From positions 1-44,104 of the forward strand of contig JAFWDK010000004.1 in the NCBI GenBank assembly GCA_017513085.1: a stretch of DNA of 44,104 bases, written 5' to 3'. The position numbers and the translations under genes were made by a program. Under the pieces are notes generated by a model that was not told the DNA's origin, did not search any database, and saw only the letters and a list, made by a program, of their open reading frames with translations. The stretch comes from Clostridiales bacterium (lineage in GTDB: Bacteria; Bacillota; Clostridia; Saccharofermentanales; Saccharofermentanaceae). Within the stretch, counting starts at the first letter, position 1, and every line of letters begins with the position of its first letter. This document shows positions 1-9,242 of this stretch, one piece after another.

Positions 1-825
1 GTTGAACTGAGTCCGGAGCAGGATCTGCTGGAATCAATGGTAAAAAAACTCGCCAATGATAAAACACTATCCAAGATATTCCAACATACACAGATAAACC
101 TGTCTTTCTTTGGTGTCGGCGTAAAAGTTGAAGGAACACCGGTTTCAGATGCGGAAATTGCGCTGGAGCGGATGCTGGAAAGCATGAAGAAGAATAGTAG
201 GAGAATACTGATTTCTATAGATGAAGTTGTGAACAATCAGAATATGCGGGTGTTTGCCAGTGTGTTCCAGATTCTTCTGAGAAAAGATCTTCCGGTATTC
301 CTATTGATGACGGGCTTATTTGAAAATGTCAGAGCGCTGCAGGATCAGAAGACACTGACGTTTTTATACAGAGCTCCACGAATTGCTTTACAACCTCTGA
401 ACATGGGAATCATGGCTGACAGGTATCAGTCGGTTTTTTCGTTGGAACGCGAGCCGGCTATGCGAATGGCAAAGGAAACTCGTGGATATCCTTTCGCATT
501 CCAGTTGCTTGGGTATTTTACATGGCAGTATCCGAAAGATTCAAAAAGAGTGCGTACGCTTTACAAACAATACCTTATTGAATATGTGTATGAGAAAATA
601 TGGGCCGAGATGTCGGACGTGGATAGAAAAGTAGCAGAAGCAATGGCCAAAGTACCAGATGGCTCGATTAAAGATATTCGAGAGTTACTCAATATGGAAA
701 CGAACCAGTTCAATCCGTATAGGATGAGACTGATCCGTAAAGGCATTGCAGATGGGGAAACGCATGGAAAGCTCACGTTTGTTCTTCCACTGTTTGAGGA
801 GTTTGTGCGAGATAGCACATTATAA
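1..825 (+). CDS. AAA/archaeal-type ATPase with C-terminal winged-helix region (5' truncated by the window edge)
   Basis: Frame is open from base 1. Walker B-like ILISIDEV, LLMTGL and TRGYPFAFQLLG motifs are present; Walker A lies outside the window. Confidence 0.7.
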   Translation, partial: VELSPEQDLLESMVKKLANDKTLSKIFQHTQINLSFFGVGVKVEGTPVSDAEIALERMLESMKKNSRRILISIDEVVNNQNMRVFASVFQILLRKDLPVFLLMTGLFENVRALQDQKTLTFLYRAPRIALQPLNMGIMADRYQSVFSLEREPAMRMAKETRGYPFAFQLLGYFTWQYPKDSKRVRTLYKQYLIEYVYEKIWAEMSDVDRKVAEAMAKVPDGSIKDIRELLNMETNQFNPYRMRLIRKGIADGETHGKLTFVLPLFEEFVRDSTL

Positions 826-861
826 AGAGCAAGCGAGTTTTACAGGCAAATATGTTAAAAG

Positions 862-905
862 GAAAGAGTCCGCCTAAACATGAGTTTGGAGCGGACTTTC
901 TATTT
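862..905 (+). terminator. Probable intrinsic terminator
   Basis: Stem GAGTCCGC...GCGGACTT followed by TCTATTT, ~40 nt after the stop codon. Confidence 0.6.
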
Positions 906-965
906 GACAAAACAATATAGATGATGAGCGAAGAGAATATTGAGTTATCGAACGAAAATGTAGAA

Positions 966-1031
966 AAATACAAAATGTCAAGCGTTGTTTGACATTTTGT
1001 ATTTGCTTTATGAGAGGTATACCTATAGCAT
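966..1031 (+). promoter_or_regulatory. Operator (perfect 16-bp inverted repeat containing two ACA-N3-TGT boxes) and promoter
   Basis: AAATACAAAATGTCAA-N7-TTGACATTTTGTATTT at 966-1004; -10-like TAGCAT at 1026-1031. Confidence 0.65.
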
Positions 1032-1103
1032 CGAAGTAGATTATAGAGAGTTGTGAAGTGTATAGAATTGTTTTTGAACAACAAAGTCAAGGAGGTCAGA
1101 CCA

Positions 1104-1112
1104 ATGTGGTAA
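1104..1112 (+). other. Two-codon upstream mini-ORF (Met-Trp-stop)
   Basis: Perfect SD AAGGAGGT at 1089-1096, 7-nt spacer, then ATG TGG TAA. Confidence 0.45.
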
Positions 1113-1176
1113 GAAAGTTCTGATCGAAAGAACAAATCAAGTAAGAGATTTCAATAGATCCAAAGGGGGAACTAAT

Positions 1177-1539
1177 ATGAAGAGAAAAGCGTTAGTTTTG
1201 TTGACAGCAATGATGCTTGTTGCTGGCAATGTTATGGGAAATCTATCTGCATATGGTACATCAACTACTGAGTGGGTGGGAAATAAGTATAACAATAGTC
1301 AAAGTTCTAAAACTGCGTATATTTATCTCACACCTACTTCGGGAGTAGCCCGAGCACAGATTCGGGATATTTATGACACTGTTCTTGCAAGTGAAGTATA
1401 TCCTGAATATCCTCATAACCCACATTATACCCAAACTGGTTGTCCAGCATATAACTCTCGTAACTTTTATGCTCTTTCAGAGCTTGGAAATTACGTATGG
1501 GGAAGCCAGACGTATGGATTGAGTAGCTATAATGGTTAA
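1177..1539 (+). CDS. Small secreted protein (bacteriocin- or signal-like candidate)
   Basis: RBS AAGGGGGA; signal peptide MKRKALVLLTAMMLVAG...LSA; Tyr/Ser/Asn-rich mature part; overlaps the permease start. Confidence 0.75.
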   Translation: MKRKALVLLTAMMLVAGNVMGNLSAYGTSTTEWVGNKYNNSQSSKTAYIYLTPTSGVARAQIRDIYDTVLASEVYPEYPHNPHYTQTGCPAYNSRNFYALSELGNYVWGSQTYGLSSYNG

Positions 1540-4513
1540 TCGCGATACATGGTTAACAGATTTGCGATCAGGCAGATTTATCTGTCTGATCGTTATGCTT
1601 GTTTTCGGAAGTTTGGCGATAACCACAACATGTTTACTGACAAGAAGTGACAAGAATACTGAGAAAGAACGTATTCTAGTGTTGCATGGTGATTATGACG
1701 CAATCGTTTATAATACAGGCATAGGATTTGAGGACTCGCTGTCGTCATCGGAAAAGATAGATGAAATTGGACTTTATTACGAACTGGGAACAGTGACTAA
1801 TGTGGATGAGACTCATTCGTTCAAAGCGGTGGCATTAAATGATAGTTTGTCAGAAGACATATATCATATGACCTGTATACGAGGTTGTTATCCGACGAGT
1901 GATAATGAAATAGCAATTGATGTTTCTGTTGCAAGCACATATGGAATTTCACCTTATCCTGGTGAAATATTACAACTGAAACTATATGATTCTGAAGGGG
2001 AATACATAGAGACGAGAGACCTTGTAATATCCGGGTTATTTCAATGTTCCTCAAATAATGCTCTCGGGGGATGGGTCCGATGTCCAGAATTTGCATTTTA
2101 TAATTCTGATGCGTATCAGATGCCGGCAGTCTTCTTTTTTGCTTCCAATCTTGATTCATGGACATGTGAAAAGGAAACTGTATTTGTTAGGGGGCACTCA
2201 AACGGGGGACCGGATCTTCGAAAAGAAATCTATAAAATTTTGGAGAAAAATGACCAGGTTTGTTCAGCTGTTGAAGACAATTACAGATTAGAGGCTGGAT
2301 ACTCACATATTGTTGTAGGTTTTGAGTATAATACTGTTAAGCAAAGTTATGGAAGTCTTTCTCGCGAGAACATTCAAAATGCTGTTGACGATGGACAATA
2401 TAAAAGAGATTTTTATGCAGACGTTGTTTTCCCGATTATTTCGATATTGGTAATTCTGACTGAAGTTGTATCCCTGTATATGCTATCTAATAATATAATA
2501 GCTGATCGAAAAGAGTATTATGCGATACTTCGAAGTATTGGTATGCCATCAAGAAAGATCATTAGGAATCTGGTTGCTGAAATACTCGGTTTTGGCTTCA
2601 TTGGAACTATAGTTGGAATAGGGATGGGTTATGCTGCCCATGGAGCCCTGATTAAAGTGCTTAATGACAGATTTCATCTTCGATTATATGATGGCATACA
2701 TGTTGACCAAATAGTCAAGCAGATTACCTTCGATCCGACAATAATGTCTATGTTTGTTTGTATATGCTCATTGACACTGTCACTTATTATTCCACTATAC
2801 AGACTATATAAGATGTATCCAGCCGAGTTACTATCTGCTAATGAAAGAATGTTTGTTGGGAAAAGGAAAGCGATAAAAACAAAAAAATCAAATCTGAAAG
2901 CAGGCTGGCTCGGAACATTAAATAGACGAATTGATCTTCATGATGGAAGTACGATGCTGGTTATGGTAATTGTTCTTTCATCAACACTTTTTGGTTATGT
3001 ATTTTTCAGAGCCTATTCTGAACAGTCTACTATAGGAGCGCAGGGGGATTTGAAATCGCTCGGAATAGAAGGAAACGGATACGTTGCCAGCCGATCAAAA
3101 GATTTGGTGAATTGGGCATATATCGTGCCGAATAGACATGATGCCGGAGTGTTACCTTCTGTTCCTGAACTTTTGGAGAACAATCCCAATGTAGAACGAT
3201 CGTGGTCTATGATATTTAACGAATCTACAAGAATGGTGTTTGACGAGGAGCCTGATGAAGATATGAAGCTTTTGCTCGGTAATCGTCTAATCAATTACCG
3301 GGTATCCAGCGATGCTGATCTATATTGTCGAGAGATACTTATTGCTGAACCGACTATTCTTGAACATACAGGATATAAACCGAATGTTTTAATGTATGAA
3401 CTTCCTACTGTAGGATTAACAACAAACGAAATGACCAATCTTGAAGGAGAAGTCATAGCAGGAAGAATAGATATTGATAAGATAAATAACGGGGAAGAAG
3501 TGGTCATAGCCATTCCCCAACAACTGCAGGAGCTATGTTTGCAACGCTTCCCTATCGGGTCTCATCTAAGTTTCGATGATATTGTGCTGAATGAAGAGGA
3601 AGAAAAACTCAATTTCAAAACACTCAATGATTCCAAGTGGGTAGTATACGAGAATGATATTGAAACTGAAATGGGAGAATCACACGTCGCTTTTGGTGCT
3701 TTTGGTAAGCGATATGGTGTTGATGCAAGTGTTGGTGCGATTGTAGTGCTACATGATGAAAAAGATATCCGTGAATATCTTACGACGGGAGATAGTTGGG
3801 TATATCAGGCGCATGATGCTGCAGGCGAAAACTCAGGCGATGCTGAGCCAACATATGGAATGAGTGTGCTGTGTCTTGCAGATTCTTTTAAATCGTGGGG
3901 ACTTCCCGATAGAAATTATACGTCTGTTCGAGTAGAACTAAAGGAAAACTGTGACATATACGAGTTTGACGAATTTTGGTATAAGGCGCTATCTGGTTCG
4001 AAAGACGTACAAACGGATACGACATTTACATATATGGATGAAATATCAATGGGTAGAAGTCGTGGAATGGCTATCTTTTTCACGTTGATCTTTGTCCTTG
4101 TTATACTTGGTATAATGTCAATTATAACGGGATTATACACTAAAACCCGGAGAAACTCTTCCAGATTCCAGACACTTCGTCGAGTTGGTCTTTCGGTTAA
4201 TCAAGCAAGTATTATGATTTATACACAGAATATGTTTTATCCAATTATAGCAACTCTTTTGGCTATCGTTCCGATTTATTATGTTCAGAGTGTGCTGAAT
4301 TCTATTATGCAGGAATTGAATGAAGGAAAGTTTGATATATTTGCAAAGCCATGGTATATAAAGATTCCCTATTGGGCCGATCTCTTCTCTTATGACTTCA
4401 TACCTGCGCTGATATGTTGTCTGTTACTGGGATTCTTGTTGATATTTATTGGCACTTTGCCACAGATAATATACCTGCATAAGATGAAGATGATTGAGAC
4501 GAGGGAGGAATAG
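1532..4513 (+). CDS. ABC transporter permease, FtsX/MacB-like, two permease halves
   Basis: RKEYYAILRSIGM and RFQTLRRVGLS FtsX-type motifs, TM clusters and large extracellular loops; ABC ATPase follows. Confidence 0.88.
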   Translation: MVNRDTWLTDLRSGRFICLIVMLVFGSLAITTTCLLTRSDKNTEKERILVLHGDYDAIVYNTGIGFEDSLSSSEKIDEIGLYYELGTVTNVDETHSFKAVALNDSLSEDIYHMTCIRGCYPTSDNEIAIDVSVASTYGISPYPGEILQLKLYDSEGEYIETRDLVISGLFQCSSNNALGGWVRCPEFAFYNSDAYQMPAVFFFASNLDSWTCEKETVFVRGHSNGGPDLRKEIYKILEKNDQVCSAVEDNYRLEAGYSHIVVGFEYNTVKQSYGSLSRENIQNAVDDGQYKRDFYADVVFPIISILVILTEVVSLYMLSNNIIADRKEYYAILRSIGMPSRKIIRNLVAEILGFGFIGTIVGIGMGYAAHGALIKVLNDRFHLRLYDGIHVDQIVKQITFDPTIMSMFVCICSLTLSLIIPLYRLYKMYPAELLSANERMFVGKRKAIKTKKSNLKAGWLGTLNRRIDLHDGSTMLVMVIVLSSTLFGYVFFRAYSEQSTIGAQGDLKSLGIEGNGYVASRSKDLVNWAYIVPNRHDAGVLPSVPELLENNPNVERSWSMIFNESTRMVFDEEPDEDMKLLLGNRLINYRVSSDADLYCREILIAEPTILEHTGYKPNVLMYELPTVGLTTNEMTNLEGEVIAGRIDIDKINNGEEVVIAIPQQLQELCLQRFPIGSHLSFDDIVLNEEEEKLNFKTLNDSKWVVYENDIETEMGESHVAFGAFGKRYGVDASVGAIVVLHDEKDIREYLTTGDSWVYQAHDAAGENSGDAEPTYGMSVLCLADSFKSWGLPDRNYTSVRVELKENCDIYEFDEFWYKALSGSKDVQTDTTFTYMDEISMGRSRGMAIFFTLIFVLVILGIMSIITGLYTKTRRNSSRFQTLRRVGLSVNQASIMIYTQNMFYPIIATLLAIVPIYYVQSVLNSIMQELNEGKFDIFAKPWYIKIPYWADLFSYDFIPALICCLLLGFLLIFIGTLPQIIYLHKMKMIETREE

Positions 4514-4515
4514 CG

Positions 4516-5178
4516 ATGAGTGTAAAGACAGTGGATCTTCATAAGGATTATAAGGTCGGAGACAACATCATTCACGCAGTAAACGGAGTGAATCTTGAGA
4601 TAAAAGATGGAGATTTCGTTGCTATCATGGGTGCTTCCGGGTGTGGTAAGACTACACTCCTTCATCTAATCGGAGGGCTTGATAGAGTCACGTCGGGTCA
4701 GGTTATCGTGAACGATAGCGATCTGTCGAAGATGAAGGATTCTGCTCTCTCAAGATTCCGCTGCTGTGAACTCGGGTTTGTATTCCAGAAATTCAACTTG
4801 ATTAATGAGATGACGGTGAAGGAGAATATCGTTACACCAGTATTAATATCCAAGAAGAAAGTTAACGAAGAATATATTAGTGAATTGACTGAAGTGCTGG
4901 GGCTTTCAGACAGACTTGATCACACGCCATTACAATTATCAGGCGGTCAGCAGCAACGAGTGGCCATAGCAAGAGCGTTGGCAAATGATCCGGCACTGAT
5001 CCTTTGTGATGAACCGACAGGTAATCTGGACAAGAAGAACAGTGAAGAGGTGATCAATCTTCTTGACAAAGTTCATGAGAAATATGGCAAGACGATTGTC
5101 ATGGTCACACATGATCCTATTATTGCTAAACATGCGGGTACTATATATCAAATGGAAGACGGAAGGATTATTATGTAA
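4516..5178 (+). CDS. ABC transporter ATP-binding protein (LolD/MacB type)
   Basis: Walker A GASGCGKT, signature LSGGQQQR, Walker B LILCDEPTGNLD, H-loop VTHD. Confidence 0.97.
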   Translation: MSVKTVDLHKDYKVGDNIIHAVNGVNLEIKDGDFVAIMGASGCGKTTLLHLIGGLDRVTSGQVIVNDSDLSKMKDSALSRFRCCELGFVFQKFNLINEMTVKENIVTPVLISKKKVNEEYISELTEVLGLSDRLDHTPLQLSGGQQQRVAIARALANDPALILCDEPTGNLDKKNSEEVINLLDKVHEKYGKTIVMVTHDPIIAKHAGTIYQMEDGRIIM

Positions 5179-5267
5179 GCAGTAGCCATTGCAACACGGA
5201 AATTTGAACGATGTGGTTTCAGGCTGTCTGTATAGGTATAACTGCCTTTTTCTACATTATCAGGATA

Positions 5268-5313
5268 ACAAAAACACGGCATTTCCCGTTAAGAGGAATG
5301 ACCGTGTTTTTGT
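5268..5313 (+). terminator. Intrinsic terminator
   Basis: ACAAAAACACGG...CCGTGTTTTTGT inverted repeat after the ABC operon. Confidence 0.7.
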
Positions 5314-5384
5314 GTGCAATACAGCAAAGAATTTCGAGTACGAGACGAGAAGATGCTCGAAAGAATTTTGCTGATTAGCTTGAC

Positions 5385-5413
5385 TTGAGGACATAACCGG
5401 AAAGAATTATAAT
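5385..5413 (+). promoter_or_regulatory. Sigma-A promoter for the XRE pair
   Basis: TTGAGG-N17-TATAAT. Confidence 0.55.
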
Positions 5414-5444
5414 AATGTTGCATAAAAGAATTCGGAGAAAAACA

Positions 5445-5867
5445 GTGATTGGGGATCAGATTAAGAAGCACCGAAAGTTTCGTCGGCTCTCACAGAAGGA
5501 ATTAGCGGATATGCTCGGTGTTTCGCGCACAACAGTTGGCAATTGGGAGAACAACAGGAGTGCTCTTGATCAAAATATGATCATGAAGATCGCAGATGCT
5601 TTGCAAATAGATTATCGTATTTTGGTTCTTTCCGATTTAGTTGACGATGATGTGCTTTTGAATGGTGACCTGAATAAGTTAAATGTTGCAATGGAACGGA
5701 TTCTTGCTGATACTACACGTTTGGAGAGAATTCAAAATGAGATGGATTCAGAAAGTAAACAAACGTCTAAAACGAGTTTGAGTCGTATTCTGTTTGTAGT
5801 CTTTTCGTTTCTTATTCTAGGAGAGATAGTTCTTCTGACCATTTTTTATTTTTTGCTCAAGAATTAG
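5445..5867 (+). CDS. XRE/Cro-C1 HTH regulator with C-terminal transmembrane helix
   Basis: IGDQIKKHRKFRRLSQKELADMLGVSRTTVGNWENN; hydrophobic C-terminus; GTG start after GGAGA. Confidence 0.88.
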   Translation: MIGDQIKKHRKFRRLSQKELADMLGVSRTTVGNWENNRSALDQNMIMKIADALQIDYRILVLSDLVDDDVLLNGDLNKLNVAMERILADTTRLERIQNEMDSESKQTSKTSLSRILFVVFSFLILGEIVLLTIFYFLLKN

Positions 5868-5896
5868 ATTTGAGCAAAATGATAGGCGAGGAAAAG

Positions 5897-6394
5897 ATGT
5901 TGGGTGAAAATATAAGAAAATACAGGGTACTTGCGGGACTAAGTCAAGATGACCTTGCAACGAAAATGCGAATGTCACGAGCCGTACTATCCCAGTGGGA
6001 AAATGATCAAGAGGACCCCAATGAAGAACAGTTGGCTAGACTGGCTAAGAATCTCGGGATTTCTGCTGATATGTTGCTTGCAGATGAGCATTTATCAGGA
6101 ATAGAAGATATTGATAAACTGGATTCTGCCAAAGAAAGCCTGGGAAACTCTGCCCAAAAGCTCGAGAATGTACAGACCAGGTTTTCGAACTTGGTAGAGA
6201 GGCAGATTTCATATTATCAGATGCAAATCGAGCATAAGAAGCAAAAACGCAGAAGAATAGTTAGTGCTTGTTGTATAATTCTGGGTGGAATAGTTGTTAT
6301 GATACTGCTATTTCTTGCGTTTTTGTTTTGGATTAATACCGTCAGTTCTGAAAGTCCAGAGACTAAGATAATAGTCATAGAGTATGAGAAATAA
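5897..6394 (+). CDS. XRE/Cro-C1 HTH regulator with coiled coil and transmembrane helix
   Basis: MLGENIRKYRVLAGLSQDDLATKMRMSRAVLSQWEND; KKQKRRR followed by a long hydrophobic run; ATG after GAGG. Confidence 0.88.
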   Translation: MLGENIRKYRVLAGLSQDDLATKMRMSRAVLSQWENDQEDPNEEQLARLAKNLGISADMLLADEHLSGIEDIDKLDSAKESLGNSAQKLENVQTRFSNLVERQISYYQMQIEHKKQKRRRIVSACCIILGGIVVMILLFLAFLFWINTVSSESPETKIIVIEYEK

Positions 6395-6399
6395 TATTT

Positions 6400-6462
6400 T
6401 ACAGAATGCAAAGCATTTTTGTACAAAATGTATTCGATTTTGAAACCGTCTCAAAGTATAAT
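6400..6462 (+). promoter_or_regulatory. Tandem ACA-N3-TGY boxes and -10 element
   Basis: TACAGAATGC (6400) and TACAAAATGT (6422), then TATAAT at 6457-6462; same spacing as the 969-1031 site. Confidence 0.6.
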
Positions 6463-6512
6463 TCATAGAAATACTTGTAAGTAAGAGTGTAATTTTCTAT
6501 TGGAGGTTTCAT

Positions 6513-7115
6513 ATGAGAAAGGCTAGTTTTATCAACAGAATCAGAGGTCTGGTAGTTTTAGCATTATTAGTGAACGTATTCGGATATGCTTCATTCCCTG
6601 TTAATGCAACTGATGAAGTGTCGTTTAGCCTCATAGATTATGTAACAAATCATCAGATTGACACCCACGAAGAGTTTAATGAGGTTTTAGAAATTTATTG
6701 CGGACAGGCTCCGGCACCAGTTCCCGAAAACGAAATCAGTTTTCAACTATATGTGGACTATGACAGTACGATGGTTGTTGTAATAGTCGTGGAAGACAAC
6801 CTACTAACAAGGGGGACAAAGTCTGGCAGTGCGAATAAAATATATTATTCAAATGCTGGGACTGAAGTTTTCACTGTTGTTGCGGAAGGAACGTTCTATT
6901 ATTCTTCTACGCAATGCAATACATATTCTGCTAGTGGAAGGTTTGTTCCATCTACATTGTCTTTTTGGACGAGTACGCCAACTATATACAGTGGAAACTA
7001 TTCACCAACATGCGCATATGCAAAAACGGCTGGTACGGCTCATTGGCTATCTTCGTCCATTTCGTATTCACTCTCTCTTTCATGTGATACCAATGGCAAT
7101 CTGAACGCTTATTAA
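6513..7115 (+). CDS. Secreted hypothetical protein with Ser/Thr/Tyr-rich beta-type C-terminal domain
   Basis: RBS GGAGGT; signal peptide ending VNA; C-terminus LSCDTNGNL. Confidence 0.8.
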   Translation: MRKASFINRIRGLVVLALLVNVFGYASFPVNATDEVSFSLIDYVTNHQIDTHEEFNEVLEIYCGQAPAPVPENEISFQLYVDYDSTMVVVIVVEDNLLTRGTKSGSANKIYYSNAGTEVFTVVAEGTFYYSSTQCNTYSASGRFVPSTLSFWTSTPTIYSGNYSPTCAYAKTAGTAHWLSSSISYSLSLSCDTNGNLNAY

Positions 7116-7436
7116 TCCATGATGGCCGGTAATACTTGGCTCAAGAAAGGTGATCCGCAGAAGTCAGAAGATGGGAAAGAGAAAGTGAAAAATGCAGAGT
7201 TAGTCATGACAAACTTTCATTTTTGAAGTCAAAACCTCTAAAAAACCTGTCATTTTGACCTGACAGAGGAACATCTGTGCAAAAAAAGGACATAAATTTT
7301 GTAAAAAAAGCAAATTTACTAAAGACATTTTTTCGATTTCGGTATATCATTTATGAAGTGGGCTTTTGGGTCCACGGTTAATTAGCTATGATCTGTACAA
7401 GCAGATTAAGAAATAATAGAAAAGGATGATGGAATT

Positions 7437-9050
7437 ATGGCACAGATTGATTTGAGCAAGTATGGCATCACAGGTACCACTGAGATCGTCTACAACCCGT
7501 CTTATGAACTGCTTTTCGAAGAAGAGACAAAAGCAGGCCTCACAGGTTATGAGGTTGGTAAGGTAACAGAACTGGATACTGTTAACGTTATGACAGGTAT
7601 CTACACAGGTCGTTCCCCGAAAGACAAGTACATCGTTATGGACGCAAACTCCAAGGATACAGTTTGGTGGACATCTGATGAGTACAAGAACGACAACCAC
7701 CCGATGTCTGAGGATGTATGGGCACAGGTAAAGGATCTCGCAAAGAAGGAGCTCTCCAACAAGAGACTGTTCGTTGTAGATGCTTTCTGCGGTGCAAATG
7801 CTGATACGAGAATGGCTGTTCGTTTCATCGTTGAGGTTGCTTGGCAGGCTCACTTTGTTAAAAACATGTTCATCCAGCCGACAGCAGAAGAGCTCGAGAA
7901 CTTTGAGCCTAACTTCGTTGTTTATAACGCTTCCAAGGCTAAGGTTGAGAACTACAAGGAGCTCGGCCTCAATTCCGAGACATGCGTAGCATTCAACATC
8001 ACATCCCGTGAGCAGGTTATCATCAACACATGGTACGGCGGAGAGATGAAGAAGGGTATGTTCTCCATGATGAACTACTACCTCCCGCTTCAGGGTATCG
8101 CTTCCATGCACTGCTCTGCTAACTGCGATATGGACGGTAAGCACACAGCAATCTTCTTCGGTCTTTCCGGTACAGGTAAGACAACACTTTCCACAGACCC
8201 GAAGCGTCGTCTCATCGGTGATGACGAGCACGGTTGGGATGACAACGGCGTATTCAACTTCGAGGGCGGCTGCTATGCTAAGGTTATCGGCCTCTCCAAG
8301 GAGAACGAGCCTGACATCTACAACGCTATCAAGAGAGATGCTCTCCTTGAGAACGTTACAGTTGCTGATGACGGTAAGATCGACTTCGCTGATAAGTCCG
8401 TAACAGAGAACACACGTGTCTCTTACCCGATCAACCACATCAACAATATCGCTGCAGAAGTGAACAAGGTTTCTTCCGGCCCGGCTGCTGACAACGTAAT
8501 CTTCCTTTCTGCAGATGCTTTCGGCGTACTCCCGCCGGTTTCCATCCTCACACCTGAGCAGACGAAGTACTACTTCCTCTCCGGCTTCACAGCTAAGCTC
8601 GCCGGTACAGAGCGTGGAATCACAGAGCCGACTCCGACATTCTCTGCTTGCTTCGGTCAGGCTTTCCTCGAGCTGCATCCTACAAAGTATGCTGAGGAAC
8701 TGGTAAAGAAGATGGAGAAGAACGGTGCTAAGGCTTACCTCGTTAACACAGGTTGGAACGGAACAGGTAAGAGAATCTCTATCCCGGATACACGTGGAAT
8801 CATCGATGCTATCCTCAATGGTGACATCAGAAAGGCTCCGACAAAGAAGATCCCTTACTTTGATTTCGAAGTACCTACAGAGCTCCCTGGCGTAAGCACA
8901 GAGATCCTCGACCCGAGAGATACATATGCTGATGCTTCCGAGTGGGAGACAAAGGCTAAGGATCTCGCCGGCCGCTTCATCAAGAACTTCGCTAAGTACG
9001 AAGGCAACGAGGCTGGTAAGGCTCTCGTAGAGGCTGGCCCGAAGCTCTAA
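7437..9050 (+). CDS. pckA: Phosphoenolpyruvate carboxykinase (ATP)
   Basis: [49 protein letters not shown] motifs; strongly biased codon usage. Confidence 0.99.
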   Translation: MAQIDLSKYGITGTTEIVYNPSYELLFEEETKAGLTGYEVGKVTELDTVNVMTGIYTGRSPKDKYIVMDANSKDTVWWTSDEYKNDNHPMSEDVWAQVKDLAKKELSNKRLFVVDAFCGANADTRMAVRFIVEVAWQAHFVKNMFIQPTAEELENFEPNFVVYNASKAKVENYKELGLNSETCVAFNITSREQVIINTWYGGEMKKGMFSMMNYYLPLQGIASMHCSANCDMDGKHTAIFFGLSGTGKTTLSTDPKRRLIGDDEHGWDDNGVFNFEGGCYAKVIGLSKENEPDIYNAIKRDALLENVTVADDGKIDFADKSVTENTRVSYPINHINNIAAEVNKVSSGPAADNVIFLSADAFGVLPPVSILTPEQTKYYFLSGFTAKLAGTERGITEPTPTFSACFGQAFLELHPTKYAEELVKKMEKNGAKAYLVNTGWNGTGKRISIPDTRGIIDAILNGDIRKAPTKKIPYFDFEVPTELPGVSTEILDPRDTYADASEWETKAKDLAGRFIKNFAKYEGNEAGKALVEAGPKL

Positions 9051-9093
9051 TGCTTCAGCCGGACCGCTGATCAGCGGAATGAATTAAATCTCC

Positions 9094-9132
9094 AAGGGTT
9101 GTCTCTTGAAAAAGAGGCAACCCTTTTCTTTT
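9094..9132 (+). terminator. pckA intrinsic terminator
   Basis: AAGGGTTGTCTCTT-GAAA-AAGAGGCAACCCTT followed by TTCTTTT. Confidence 0.9.
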
Positions 9133-9242
9133 CCGTGTGCGGACGCGAGGGAAAGTGTATACCTGCCGTCTAAAGAAAAACACTCCGGAGAATGCTACAA
9201 TGAATGAGGATAACGATAAGAGCATGTTTTGAAGGAGACAAA

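Noticed and set aside
7119-7226. 35-aa ORF MMAGNTWLKKGDPQ... at the islet edge
   Set aside because: No RBS and no recognisable family; it may be a gene remnant but I cannot support that.
7225-7436. Rex/CcpA site or riboswitch upstream of pckA
   Set aside because: Only partial matches in an A-rich tract; no convincing consensus.
7386-8678. 430-aa minus-strand ORF
   Set aside because: Antisense shadow of codon-biased pckA; no RBS or recognisable motifs.
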